Below are positions 1-9,716 of a DNA stretch of 64,000 bases, piece by piece (position 1 is the stretch's first letter; the number at the start of each line of letters is the position of its first letter). The stretch covers positions 27,187-91,186 of IMG/VR virus record IMGVR_UViG_3300022751_000017. One strand, written 5' to 3'. The DNA comes from a virus. A program made the translations under genes and the position numbers. The notes under the pieces are model-generated. The model was given only the letters and a program-made list of their open reading frames with translations, did not search any database and was not told the origin of the DNA.

Positions 1-393
1 TGGGAGAGGGGGCAAAAATAGCTGTCAGAATTTACAGTATGTGCTTTCTCAGTCGATCTATAAGACACATCCAATAATCATGGGATGCAGTTGCACCCTT
101 TGCAAACAGTAGTGGATGCGGATTCTGGAGAGCTGGCGTATGGATTTGGGATAGTGACTTAGTTTGTACCGCTATTCCCATGGCGGATAGTTTACTTTCA
201 GAAATAGTAATGTCAGATGCCGTCTTTAGTGTGCTTTGCATAACAAAAATGTTTTAAATTTGTGATGCAATTTTATTTAAAGCGAAAAACCTCCCCACCT
301 GCTAAGTGGGGTTTTTCGTTTGTGGCTTAAAGGTAATCATATTTAAAAATACTTTTCAGTTTTTCACCTGTATAAAAATGTGAGAAATATTTT

Positions 394-401
394 TAGCTTT
401 G
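394..401 (+). promoter_or_regulatory. Bacteroidota sigma70 -7 box (TAGCTTTG)
   Basis: Matches TAnnTTTG; intergenic, upstream of the structured leader and OMP gene. Confidence 0.55.
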
Positions 402-539
402 CAAATTACCTTTTAAAATGCTATACGTATGAATATATAAAAAACATTGGCGACTTTTATCTTTTATACGCTTTTCCCTAAATTACCACCTTTACAAAAG
501 CTTATCCACGCTCGATATAAATAGATATGCCTAAATTAT

Positions 540-612
540 GGCGTAACTGTGTCTTTATGCGTGGATGGGTTGTGGTAAACCTAAGGGATGCACAGAGAAC
601 TACAGTTACGCC
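540..612 (+). ncRNA. Structured RNA hairpin, copy 1 (apical loop GTGGTAA)
   Basis: GGCGTAACTGT (540-550) pairs with ACAGTTACGCC (602-612); followed by a T-run; homologous to 811-876. Confidence 0.6.
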
Positions 613-810
613 TTGTTTTTTTCAAACGGCTGCAAGGTAAATGTATTTTGCTAATGCTTTATGTTTAAATTTGCCGGTACACAACAAACCAGATAAACAC
701 ATATGGATAGATAAAAAACTGCATTCCGAGAAGATTATTGCACCTTGAATTACCACAGTTTGAATTGCAAATTCCTTCCTTACACAAATGACTATGACGA
801 TGCGCCGCAT

Positions 811-876
811 GGCGTAGTTGTGTCTTTGTGTAAGAGGCCGTGGTAAGCCTAAGGTGCAAGGAATAACGACTACGCT
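811..876 (+). ncRNA. Structured RNA hairpin, copy 2 (apical loop GTGGTAA)
   Basis: GGCGTAGTTGT (811-821) pairs with ACGACTACGCT (866-876); compensatory changes relative to copy 1. Confidence 0.6.
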
Positions 877-912
877 ATTTTATTTTATAACGGCCACCTT
901 AAATTACCACAA

Positions 913-1566
913 ATGAAGAAGCCACTAATTGCTATCCTGGCGCTGCTCAGCACTGGGGTAAAAGCGCAGGATATTGCGCCAAAGAATCACACCAAAAATC
1001 AACACGTATTTGAGATATATGCAAATTACGGCATAGGGTTAAGTACATCCATGTCCGGGAATGCACTTTCTAATACTACAAATGAAAAATGGACAATTAA
1101 AGATGTTCCGTCCTATTCTGGCGGAGCCTCCATTTACATCATAAAGAGGCTGAATGTCGGTATATCTGCGCGCTCGTCTGTGTGGAATACGACATCTAAG
1201 CTAAGCGACAATATTACGGGTCCTACGGTATCTCCCAGGGTTACTACAGGCAAGACTTCGGTACTCTCTGTTTCTGCCTTTGCAAATTATAATCAGCCCA
1301 TTGGTAAAGGTGTTATCTATGTCGGAGGATCTGTTGGGTATGCCATTGCCAATGGTGACACGAAGCATCTTGCCAAAGGGAAAGGCCGCGATATGAATGG
1401 CCATATAGGCTATGCTCATCCTGTAGTAGGCCAAATATTATGGGTCACAGCTGAAGCCGGTATGTCCCAGGCAAAGATCACTCCCGATGGTCAGGTATTC
1501 TCGATAAAGCGAATATATTCTGTCACTAACTATCCGGTTTCTCTTGGATTAAAGGTCAGGATTTAA
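913..1566 (+). CDS. Outer-membrane beta-barrel protein (small OMP-like)
   Basis: Sec signal ending VKA|Q; amphipathic Gly/Tyr-rich strands; C-terminal strand YPVSLGLKVRI. Confidence 0.7.
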   Translation: MKKPLIAILALLSTGVKAQDIAPKNHTKNQHVFEIYANYGIGLSTSMSGNALSNTTNEKWTIKDVPSYSGGASIYIIKRLNVGISARSSVWNTTSKLSDNITGPTVSPRVTTGKTSVLSVSAFANYNQPIGKGVIYVGGSVGYAIANGDTKHLAKGKGRDMNGHIGYAHPVVGQILWVTAEAGMSQAKITPDGQVFSIKRIYSVTNYPVSLGLKVRI

Positions 1567-1576
1567 AACGTATGGC

Positions 1577-2065
1577 ATGATAGTAAAGATTATTCCAGAG
1601 GATAAGTACAGCCTATTTTATAAAAAGGAGACTTTAGCTGCTCATGTGGGCATTGGGATGATAGTAGCTGGGGGTGTGGTGCTTCCGTTATTAGGGACTA
1701 CACCTGGTATGTTCAGAATGATGTATTTGGGCGCCGGGATATTTTCGGCAATATGGGTCCATGCAATAGCTGAAGATCAAAACAGAGAGCCCTTATGGCT
1801 TTCAATAGCGGCATTCCTGTTCCCTGTATTTATGCTTATTGTGATGGGTTATTCCAGGAAAATGAATCTAGTGTTTTCTATTGATAATTCATATAGCGAA
1901 GAAGACAAGTATTATTCATTGAAGGGCTACGCTGATAAATTTGTAGAAAAAGGAAAGGTTGAAGAGGCGGAGATTGTATACCGCTATATCATCAGCAACC
2001 TTTTACATGATGAGGAAGATGAAGTATTGTATAGTAAACTTTTAAATAAGCTTACGCATGTCTGA
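1577..2065 (+). CDS. Membrane protein, about 3 TM segments plus a TPR-like C-terminal helix pair
   Basis: Hydrophobic segments in the translation; operon-like spacing. Confidence 0.6.
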   Translation: MIVKIIPEDKYSLFYKKETLAAHVGIGMIVAGGVVLPLLGTTPGMFRMMYLGAGIFSAIWVHAIAEDQNREPLWLSIAAFLFPVFMLIVMGYSRKMNLVFSIDNSYSEEDKYYSLKGYADKFVEKGKVEEAEIVYRYIISNLLHDEEDEVLYSKLLNKLTHV

Positions 2066-2789
2066 ATATATAAGTCAACACGATAATAAAGCGTATAATC
2101 ATTATGCTATTTTCGGAGTAATAACAATGGTTGTAACTCAATGCTATCTGAGTTACGTCACCTATCTACATGGAGGCATTAATGGGGTACTTGATGTGTT
2201 TTTATCTATATTCAGTGTTCTTGTTTTATGTGTCGGGATTGCATATATCGCTTTCTGGTCTTTAATAGTTGATAGATTCCCTAAAAAAGGTGATTTAAAT
2301 CATCCCAAAATGATAGTAATATTTGGATTTTATGCTTTTGTGTCAGCTATAGGGTATTTAGTCATGCTGTACTTTTGGAATGATGTTATAGAGGACATAA
2401 GCAATCCCATTTTTATCTACACTATTTTTTCGTTGCTGATATTAGCAATTGAATGTTTTTTAGTACGCAGAAAATTGAATTCAAGAATTAAAGAAGTGCA
2501 CAAAGAGTACATAGATGTGTATTCTTATATTGAAGAAGAAATCGAAAATATAAAAGAAGACAAATTGAGTTACGGCTATGCCTTCCAGCGATTAGTGGAT
2601 AAAAGATTCAAGAAGCATTATGAAGATTATGCAATGGAGCATTTGAGAGTTAATTACTGCATGTTGACTACGGATGAAAAAGTAAAGGATTTCGAAAAAT
2701 TTTCGCAACAATTTGAGTTGTTACATCCTGTAGTCATAAAAAATATTATTTATTTTCCCACGTATGGGTATAGGAAAATAAAGGCATAA
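2058..2789 (+). CDS. Membrane protein, about 4 TM segments
   Basis: Four hydrophobic stretches then a soluble tail; overlaps the upstream gene. Confidence 0.6.
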   Translation: MSEYISQHDNKAYNHYAIFGVITMVVTQCYLSYVTYLHGGINGVLDVFLSIFSVLVLCVGIAYIAFWSLIVDRFPKKGDLNHPKMIVIFGFYAFVSAIGYLVMLYFWNDVIEDISNPIFIYTIFSLLILAIECFLVRRKLNSRIKEVHKEYIDVYSYIEEEIENIKEDKLSYGYAFQRLVDKRFKKHYEDYAMEHLRVNYCMLTTDEKVKDFEKFSQQFELLHPVVIKNIIYFPTYGYRKIKA

Positions 2790-2797
2790 CATTCCAT

Positions 2798-2805
2798 TAT
2801 ATTTG
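2798..2805 (+). promoter_or_regulatory. -7 box TATATTTG immediately before the ATG at 2810
   Basis: Consensus match 4 nt from the start codon. Confidence 0.5.
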
Positions 2806-2809
2806 TAGA

Positions 2810-3310
2810 ATGAAATTCGATAAAATACAGCGGCTATCAAATATTGATTTCATTACTCATTACAGTGAAATGTGGTGGTCATTATCATTATATCCTGCAG
2901 AATATAATCATTCTAAGGTAGGTGAAATATCTATAAAGATAACCAGGGGCGAAGTGACGAGAAAATATCATCCAGTCGACTATTTGAATTACATTATTGA
3001 ATACTATACCCAAAAAATGGGTCAAACAACTAATTTGTATGATCAGCACGTAATGGCGATAACGCTTAGGGCTACCATATCAAATCAAATTGAAAGTTTT
3101 AAAGAATTATTGGTAGGCGCAGATGAGTCGACTGAAAAATATGATTTTTCAAGCCAGATGAATAAGGCTAACAATATAGCTGAGTTATCTAAAGGGAAAA
3201 TAGATATAGCCGGATACAGGCGAGAAAGATACAAGTTTTGGTATGGTGTTTTTACTGGCGCAGCAACTGCGTCCATAGGTTTGCTCACGCTCTATTTCAA
3301 CACAAAATAA
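2810..3310 (+). CDS. Hypothetical protein with C-terminal membrane anchor
   Basis: 166-aa ORF ending in a hydrophobic segment (FWYGVFTGAATASIGLLTLYF). Confidence 0.6.
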   Translation: MKFDKIQRLSNIDFITHYSEMWWSLSLYPAEYNHSKVGEISIKITRGEVTRKYHPVDYLNYIIEYYTQKMGQTTNLYDQHVMAITLRATISNQIESFKELLVGADESTEKYDFSSQMNKANNIAELSKGKIDIAGYRRERYKFWYGVFTGAATASIGLLTLYFNTK

Positions 3311-3472
3311 ACCGCAGTAATTATGATTACGCCAAGAAATCCAATAGTAAATCCTTTAATAAACTGTTTCATATTAGCCCAAAAGAATTAATTCCAGAAT
3401 CCATGAGAAGATGGAGCGGTTATCGTGGAGTGAGTGCCGTAATTTTTACCGAAATAAGATTTGGTAACGACC

Positions 3473-3667
3473 TTATATCTGCCCCTTAATTTCTTCTGGG
3501 GTGAGTAATTTAGCTAAAAAAGTATCTTTCCCTAACGAAAATATTATAATTCTATCTTCTTCAGCTCTCCCAAAGTTGAAGTCAACCATGTGAGTTAGCC
3601 CTTTGGACTGTAGTCCCTTTGTTATAGATTTCATCTTACGCTGCCATCCTGTTTCTTTATCTTCCAT
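3473..3667 (-). CDS. Hypothetical protein
   Basis: 64-aa ATG ORF in otherwise intergenic space. Confidence 0.4.
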   Translation of the reverse strand: MEDKETGWQRKMKSITKGLQSKGLTHMVDFNFGRAEEDRIIIFSLGKDTFLAKLLTPEEIKGQI

Positions 3668-3747
3668 TGGTTAATGTGGGGGTTTGTGAAAATTTAATTC
3701 CGCCAATGGGTTAAAATTAGGTAATTTTATCTTGAAAATAAAAATTT

Positions 3748-6700
3748 ATGCCGTTTAAATTTACGCAGTCTTTTAATAAGGGAATGAATATGGATTTCAG
3801 TGAATTGCGCCTACCACAAGATGCTGTGCAATTTATGAAAAACATGACTGCCAATGTAAACCAGAACACTGGGACTCCTGCCCAGTCTGGAGCAAATATG
3901 GATGTATTCTCTCCTCTGGAAGGGAATGCAGTGCTATCAGTAGCCTTACCTGGTGGGACTAACTATTGTGTGGGGTTCTATAGTAGTGAACAGACAAATG
4001 AGGGATATTTCTTTTTATGGAATAGCAACATGGACCATTCCATATGGGTAATAAGAGGAGATAGTGGACTCTGTGAATTGGTATATCATGGTAATTTGCT
4101 GCCGCTACAGCTGAATCCACTATATTTTATAGCAGAAGGCAGGTGCACTCTGGAGCTCAGGTCTTATGTAGACCCGGTAACAGGGCTTGAAACAAATTTT
4201 AAGTTCCTGATATTCACTAACAATACTATTCAACAATACTATATATCAGTAGAAGATTCTATAAACACAGATTCATTCACTGCACCGACAGGATATTTCG
4301 CCGGCGCCGGCACGTTTTATGATCCAATTACCTTGATACATCTGGGTGTTCCTACGCCTATAAGTGACATAGGAATAATCAAGGTGCCAATATCAGGTGC
4401 TGATGTTGGATTGCAGAATCAAACAATCAATCAGGCATTTCAATTCAGAAATAAAACCGTAGACGTTTTTGGACGAGAAAGCGAGCATGGCATTATAAGT
4501 CAAGTGGCGATAGATCGTGTATCTGGTGGATGCTATGGCAGCAGCAATGCGGAGTCAAGATGTTTTGATATTACGTTTGATGCCGGGAATCCATTGGTGG
4601 ATACCATATCCATAGAATATAGGACATGGGCTGGCAATGATACGGCTGCAGCACTACAAACCGGGTGGATAAAGTACGCCACCATAAATAAGTGGATAAA
4701 TTCTACTGGGCTGCAATGGTATGAGCGGTCTCCCAATACTGTATATTATAATCCAGTAACAAATCTGATTACTTATAGATTTTGTGCGGATCAGCAAAAT
4801 ATTCCCATACCAACAGAAGAAACGGCGCGGACAGAGCCTGGATTACCGAGATTATCCAGTGGGGTATTCTCGGTAAATAAGCGAATAGGTTTAGCTAATA
4901 ACGTAAGGAATTTTGAGCCTATTAGTCCGGTAGAGACTGACAAAATAAGTTACAGTGCTATTATCCCAGAAGCTCCTGATTGCGGGATATTACCTATGCG
5001 TAAAATAGTTGCTTATGCCTACATGTACAATTTTGCTAATGTACAGGCTGGGTATATGCAATACGAATTAATAGATGGGGTCAAGACTTATATATGGGGT
5101 AACCAGCGAGGTCAATGCGGTGATGACACTGGCAATGCGGTGAGATTAGATCAGGTTTTTGGCGATCAGGATAATCCTGGATTTATATTCTATCTGGCTG
5201 GAACCCAATACAACTGTGTTACTCAGTGGGGCGGCTTATTGCCATCTGGTGTTTTTACTCCATCTCCCATAATGGATGGCACCGGGGCATTCAATAGGAA
5301 TATTCTTGGAGAGCCGGTATGCCAAATAACGATAATGGCACCGCCTGGTAAGTATCTCCTGAGGGGCGCCTCTCACAAGGCTAAATTAACAGATCCGGAC
5401 TATCAAAACACCTCTACGTATATAGGAGGAATAATAGAGGTTAATGATCTTTATTCAACAGGGGATCCTTCAAATTATTCTTTCAATCCGATAAAGGAAA
5501 TAGAAATAGATTGTACATCAGGCGATGTTTATTTTAGAAATCCTACAGATCCAGCATTTCTGATTATTGACAATAGCTTTGGTGATACATGTATGGTAGA
5601 TGGATATTTGTGTGAACAGACTGGGGAGGGTGTTCCTGTAGAGATGAACCCGATTAACTTCTCATCATACCCAGATAATGCGATGCCATGCTATGGAAGT
5701 TGGTTTACCGACCATAATGGGTTCTTCTTTGGTGGGTGTCCTACGCAGGGTGTATATTTAGTAATAGCCTCTGATATATGTACGGGAACTTATGCTGTAG
5801 GAACCATTCTCAACAGCGGGATTGATGGAACATTTAAAGGCATATTGCATGGGGATGGTTCTGGAGACGGCAGCTACTGTACCGAATTAAGAAGTGGCAA
5901 TTGGAAAAATAAGGTTTATATATCACGTTCCGGCAATGTATTCCCAGCTAATGCGCGTCGTAAAATAACTCAGCAAATAAACTTGTGTGGTGCTGAAGGA
6001 GGGGTATCCAATGTGCCTGTAGTGATGACTAAGGGTGCTATATCATTTACGGACAGTGAAGGGATAGCAACAGTTATTGCGCATAACCGGACTAACTATG
6101 CAGCTGTGCCCTGGAATACATTGACATATCTCAACCCTATAGGTGTGCCAATATTCACAATAAATATACCGAATTACGGAGTGTCGCCATATGCAGATGA
6201 TAAATTGATAGTGACGCAACGGGGATATTGTCGGTGGACCAATTGCGGTGGCTGCGTACCTGCGGTCCCTGATCAGAATATAATATATCAGCCATGCGGT
6301 GGCTCAAGAGATACTACACTTTCTGATGTCACCATATCTCTTGAAAATATAAATGTTCAAGGGGTGCAGACTGGTGGTAAGTATGCGATGTGTTATTGGC
6401 TGGTTGATAATATTGGCCGGCGCACATTTTCTCAGGTGAGGCAAGGGGAGTCTGGATTTGTCAGCATGCCTAGTTTGAATGATATAGGATATTATAGGCT
6501 GCCCCAGATTGGATATACTATAGACCCGTCATTTACAGTGCCGTCCATTTTTAAGAAATTAATATTCGGGGTATCTGCTAATACTAATTTCACAGACTTC
6601 TTTTCGTGGTCTATTGATTACGTGCAGCAGGTTGATAACACAGGCAATACCAATACGGTCAATCCCACACAGACTAGGATATACTACGGCAGCCTTAATG

Positions 6701-8598
6701 AGTATAATAAGCAAAATAATCTGACGATAAATTGTAACTGGCAATTCATAGCAACTGGTCAAAATGCGCAGGGGCAGCCAGTAATAGGGGATGTTGTACA
6801 GTTCATTGCTAAAGCGGATGGGACATTCTTTCCCCCAGGTCTATTTGCTACCGTAACAAATGATCAGGCTGGGTACTTCTTTACAATAGACTATCAGGCT
6901 GCATTATCTGACCTTACTAATGGTGCGTTGTTCCGTGTCATCCGTCCACAGGCCAATCAGAATAACTATATCTATTACGAACAATGTAAGGTTCTGGATA
7001 TAGTGGATGGACGGATACCTGCAGGTCAACTTACGGGCATAATACCGTATTCCGATAGCTACATGTTATCCAGAGTCTTGCCAGTGCCTATTTTGCAGGG
7101 TCAGCCAGGCGTATTGGCCCCGGGCGCAACGCCACCAAATCCTATACAGTATACTAGTACCAATCAGAATGTTACACTTGATGAGGCTGGTTATTCTACT
7201 TTTAATCCAAACAGTAATGGTGTTTTGATTAAAAGTGTGAATGATGCACAGACTTCTTTCCCTTTCTATTTTGAGAGTCCATCACCATCTGATTTTTGGG
7301 GGAGTCATCTAGCAAACAGAGGGCGGATAGGGGTAGCTAACCCACAAGAGGCACAGCAGCGTATAGGCACAGAGGTAGCCTTATCAGCGGCACTCGGTGA
7401 CCGCGGAACATTCAATGGACTATCTTATTTTGACAGTGCCAATACCCAAGTATTTGACCGTAATACCTGGGGTAACATAACGGTGGTGCTGGTAGAGGTG
7501 GGAGTATGCCTTGTCATCTGCGATAGCGATCACTTCATGGTGCGCTATAATGCTACACAGCTTACTGTAGATGCTGATGGAAATGTAAATGCTAATAACC
7601 AGAATGGTATATTCACTACTCCACAGCGTCCTCCCGGCACGCCTTTCGGTTGTACTATGGAGAACATAAATTCTATACGTAAGTACCTGGGCAAAGTGTA
7701 TTGGATAGATGCTGATGGACGCCTTATACTGAACAACTTCAGCACCTCCCATGACGTAAGCACATATGATGCAGAGAAGGGTATAATAGGGGGATACAAT
7801 GGCTACCTTATGAACAAAGTATCTGCTGTAAACCTACGTAATGCCAATCCTGGCGCAAATGGCGTTTACTACTTTGTAGGAGGTATAGACCCGCGCACGA
7901 ACGAGTACTATCTTACCACGTTTAACATACCATCCCTTGCAGTGCCCAGGTATATCAACATACAGCCAGCAATAGACCTGTACGGCCCGGAGACTATATA
8001 TGTTGACCTTAATACCGGTATGCTAAAGGGTATGGCATCATTTACACCGGAGATGTACGGCATGGTACCGGGTTATATCAGCGGCAGGAACTTCTTTACC
8101 TTCAGAAGAGGGCTACCATACAAGCATCATCAAGGCAGCGCTACTACCACTCCGGCTAAGTACGCTAACTTCTACGGTATACAGTGCCCATGCTATGTCA
8201 TTCCAGTAGCCAATCCGGATAGTGAAAAAGTAAAACGCTATTTCTGGGTAGAGGTGTACACTAAGCAATCAATACCTGGTGCGCCAGGTCAAATGCCTAC
8301 GGCTCTATTCTATTGTGAGCAAATAACCACAGAGAAAGGACAGATGTCACGACTTAAGCCGCTGCGCTGGGACATACGGGATGGATTCCAGACTGCAGAG
8401 TTGCTGTGCGACATGAATACGCCTTTCGATCCAAATCTTCAGCCGCAAACTACAACCAATAAACTTACGGATGGTAATCCTCTCATAGGAAGATGGATGA
8501 AGTTGACACTTAAGACAAATGATTTGTGGGCCGGCACCTATTTTGAAGTGAGTGCGTCAATAGTTGGCATGAATTATATAAAAATAAGTGGAGAATAG
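3748..8598 (+). CDS. Tail stabilisation/muzzle-like protein (P22 gp10 / crAss family), 1616 aa
   Basis: N-terminal FNKGMNMD...P...KNM motif; C-terminal NP...KVKRY and GNPLIGRWMKLTL motifs typical of this family; beta-rich. Confidence 0.8.
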   Translation: MPFKFTQSFNKGMNMDFSELRLPQDAVQFMKNMTANVNQNTGTPAQSGANMDVFSPLEGNAVLSVALPGGTNYCVGFYSSEQTNEGYFFLWNSNMDHSIWVIRGDSGLCELVYHGNLLPLQLNPLYFIAEGRCTLELRSYVDPVTGLETNFKFLIFTNNTIQQYYISVEDSINTDSFTAPTGYFAGAGTFYDPITLIHLGVPTPISDIGIIKVPISGADVGLQNQTINQAFQFRNKTVDVFGRESEHGIISQVAIDRVSGGCYGSSNAESRCFDITFDAGNPLVDTISIEYRTWAGNDTAAALQTGWIKYATINKWINSTGLQWYERSPNTVYYNPVTNLITYRFCADQQNIPIPTEETARTEPGLPRLSSGVFSVNKRIGLANNVRNFEPISPVETDKISYSAIIPEAPDCGILPMRKIVAYAYMYNFANVQAGYMQYELIDGVKTYIWGNQRGQCGDDTGNAVRLDQVFGDQDNPGFIFYLAGTQYNCVTQWGGLLPSGVFTPSPIMDGTGAFNRNILGEPVCQITIMAPPGKYLLRGASHKAKLTDPDYQNTSTYIGGIIEVNDLYSTGDPSNYSFNPIKEIEIDCTSGDVYFRNPTDPAFLIIDNSFGDTCMVDGYLCEQTGEGVPVEMNPINFSSYPDNAMPCYGSWFTDHNGFFFGGCPTQGVYLVIASDICTGTYAVGTILNSGIDGTFKGILHGDGSGDGSYCTELRSGNWKNKVYISRSGNVFPANARRKITQQINLCGAEGGVSNVPVVMTKGAISFTDSEGIATVIAHNRTNYAAVPWNTLTYLNPIGVPIFTINIPNYGVSPYADDKLIVTQRGYCRWTNCGGCVPAVPDQNIIYQPCGGSRDTTLSDVTISLENINVQGVQTGGKYAMCYWLVDNIGRRTFSQVRQGESGFVSMPSLNDIGYYRLPQIGYTIDPSFTVPSIFKKLIFGVSANTNFTDFFSWSIDYVQQVDNTGNTNTVNPTQTRIYYGSLNEYNKQNNLTINCNWQFIATGQNAQGQPVIGDVVQFIAKADGTFFPPGLFATVTNDQAGYFFTIDYQAALSDLTNGALFRVIRPQANQNNYIYYEQCKVLDIVDGRIPAGQLTGIIPYSDSYMLSRVLPVPILQGQPGVLAPGATPPNPIQYTSTNQNVTLDEAGYSTFNPNSNGVLIKSVNDAQTSFPFYFESPSPSDFWGSHLANRGRIGVANPQEAQQRIGTEVALSAALGDRGTFNGLSYFDSANTQVFDRNTWGNITVVLVEVGVCLVICDSDHFMVRYNATQLTVDADGNVNANNQNGIFTTPQRPPGTPFGCTMENINSIRKYLGKVYWIDADGRLILNNFSTSHDVSTYDAEKGIIGGYNGYLMNKVSAVNLRNANPGANGVYYFVGGIDPRTNEYYLTTFNIPSLAVPRYINIQPAIDLYGPETIYVDLNTGMLKGMASFTPEMYGMVPGYISGRNFFTFRRGLPYKHHQGSATTTPAKYANFYGIQCPCYVIPVANPDSEKVKRYFWVEVYTKQSIPGAPGQMPTALFYCEQITTEKGQMSRLKPLRWDIRDGFQTAELLCDMNTPFDPNLQPQTTTNKLTDGNPLIGRWMKLTLKTNDLWAGTYFEVSASIVGMNYIKISGE

Positions 8599-8606
8599 TA
8601 TATTTG
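8599..8606 (+). promoter_or_regulatory. -7 box TATATTTG
   Basis: Consensus match upstream of the 8634 ORF. Confidence 0.6.
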
Positions 8607-8633
8607 CATTTCATCTTTTAAACACACAACAAA

Positions 8634-9215
8634 ATGAACGAAACAGAAATTTATTTAAAATGCATTGAATTAGCATCTCAGCCAGTTCATGGCACATCTT
8701 ACAACTACGATTCGCTATTAGAAATGGCAAATCGAATTCTTCCAGACACAAGTACCGAACTAGAAAAAATTGCATATGCCATGTTGGTATTTAGCAAGAA
8801 TGGGAACGATATGCATCAGTCTTACTCGAACAGTGACGGCAAAATTCCTCTCAATTCATTGAATTTCCCAATAATAAAAACGCTGCCACTTGATGATATT
8901 TTGCAGAAAGCAGATTTGATTTTTGATGCGGTTAAGGCAAAAAGTGTGGCCCGGAATGCATCTATGCGGGAATCTCCCCCCATAGATAAATATGTATTGT
9001 TATTGCCAAATGAAGTGTCATTAATAGAGGACCTATGCAATCAAATAAATACTAAAATTGAATTTATTTGGTCAGAGCACTACCATTTAGATAGGACTAA
9101 GGATCATTTGAGTTGCCATTTCGTAAAGAATGGGGAAGCAATAGTTGTGTATAGTGGAGTGGATAAGTCTCAATTAATATCTGTAATAACTGGCATAAAG
9201 GAGCTTTTGTTTTAG
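8634..9215 (+). CDS. Hypothetical protein
   Basis: 193-aa ORF with its own promoter and AAACACACAACAAA leader. Confidence 0.7.
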   Translation: MNETEIYLKCIELASQPVHGTSYNYDSLLEMANRILPDTSTELEKIAYAMLVFSKNGNDMHQSYSNSDGKIPLNSLNFPIIKTLPLDDILQKADLIFDAVKAKSVARNASMRESPPIDKYVLLLPNEVSLIEDLCNQINTKIEFIWSEHYHLDRTKDHLSCHFVKNGEAIVVYSGVDKSQLISVITGIKELLF

Positions 9216-9223
9216 TATATTTG
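9216..9223 (+). promoter_or_regulatory. -7 box TATATTTG driving the tRNA region
   Basis: Consensus match upstream of the tRNA. Confidence 0.6.
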
Positions 9224-9402
9224 CATTAGTAGTGCGCCGCGATCTGGAGGTTCAAACCCTCATAATATGGATGGTATCTTGGAAGGGGATTCGGTAAGGT
9301 AGGATAGGATACTCAAAACTACAGACACTATAATTTAAAACTCAAACTAAAAAAAAGACGTTTGTGGGCGAGGTGCGTCTATAAAATAACCCGGCCCGTC
9401 AT

Positions 9403-9475
9403 GGGAATGTAGCTCAGATGGTAGAGCGCTTGATTGAAGGTCAAGGCGTCAGCGGTTCAAGTCCGTTCGTTCCCG
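9403..9475 (+). tRNA. tRNA-Phe(GAA), CCA not encoded
   Basis: Acceptor GGGAATG/CGTTCCC; D-arm GCTC-AGATGGTA-GAGC; anticodon arm CTTGA-TTGAAGG-TCAAG; T-arm AGCGG-TTCAAGT-CCGTT. Confidence 0.9.
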
Positions 9476-9610
9476 CAATTTTTAAGATCGTGCCGGTGTG
9501 TGAAAAGAACGCGCAGAGAGAAAATCACACCAAACAGTCTCTCCTTGTGAATCCCGAGAGTAGGATGCCTAAGTTTGAGGGCACAATAGAAAGGATTCTA
9601 TCAAACAGGA

Positions 9611-9642
9611 AAAAGCCCCGCTAAATTAATAGCGGGGCTTTT
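9611..9642. terminator. Bidirectional intrinsic terminator
   Basis: AAAAGCCCCGCTA-aattaa-TAGCGGGGCTTTT between the convergent tRNA and groEL units. Confidence 0.85.
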
Positions 9643-9716
9643 CTTATCAGGCCCATTGGGTAGGTCCACACAACAAAACCGAAACACTGGATGGCTTGAC
9701 TGTGGACGAAGGTATT

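Noticed and set aside
622-859. Minus-strand ORFs 622-810 and 665-859
   Set aside because: Short, overlapping, no recognisable features; better explained by the + strand structured leader.
9240-9265. GAGGTTCAAACCCTC T-arm-like fragment
   Set aside because: No accompanying acceptor, D or anticodon arms; at most a tRNA remnant.
9418-9624. 68-aa ORF
   Set aside because: Overlaps the tRNA and terminator; shadow ORF.
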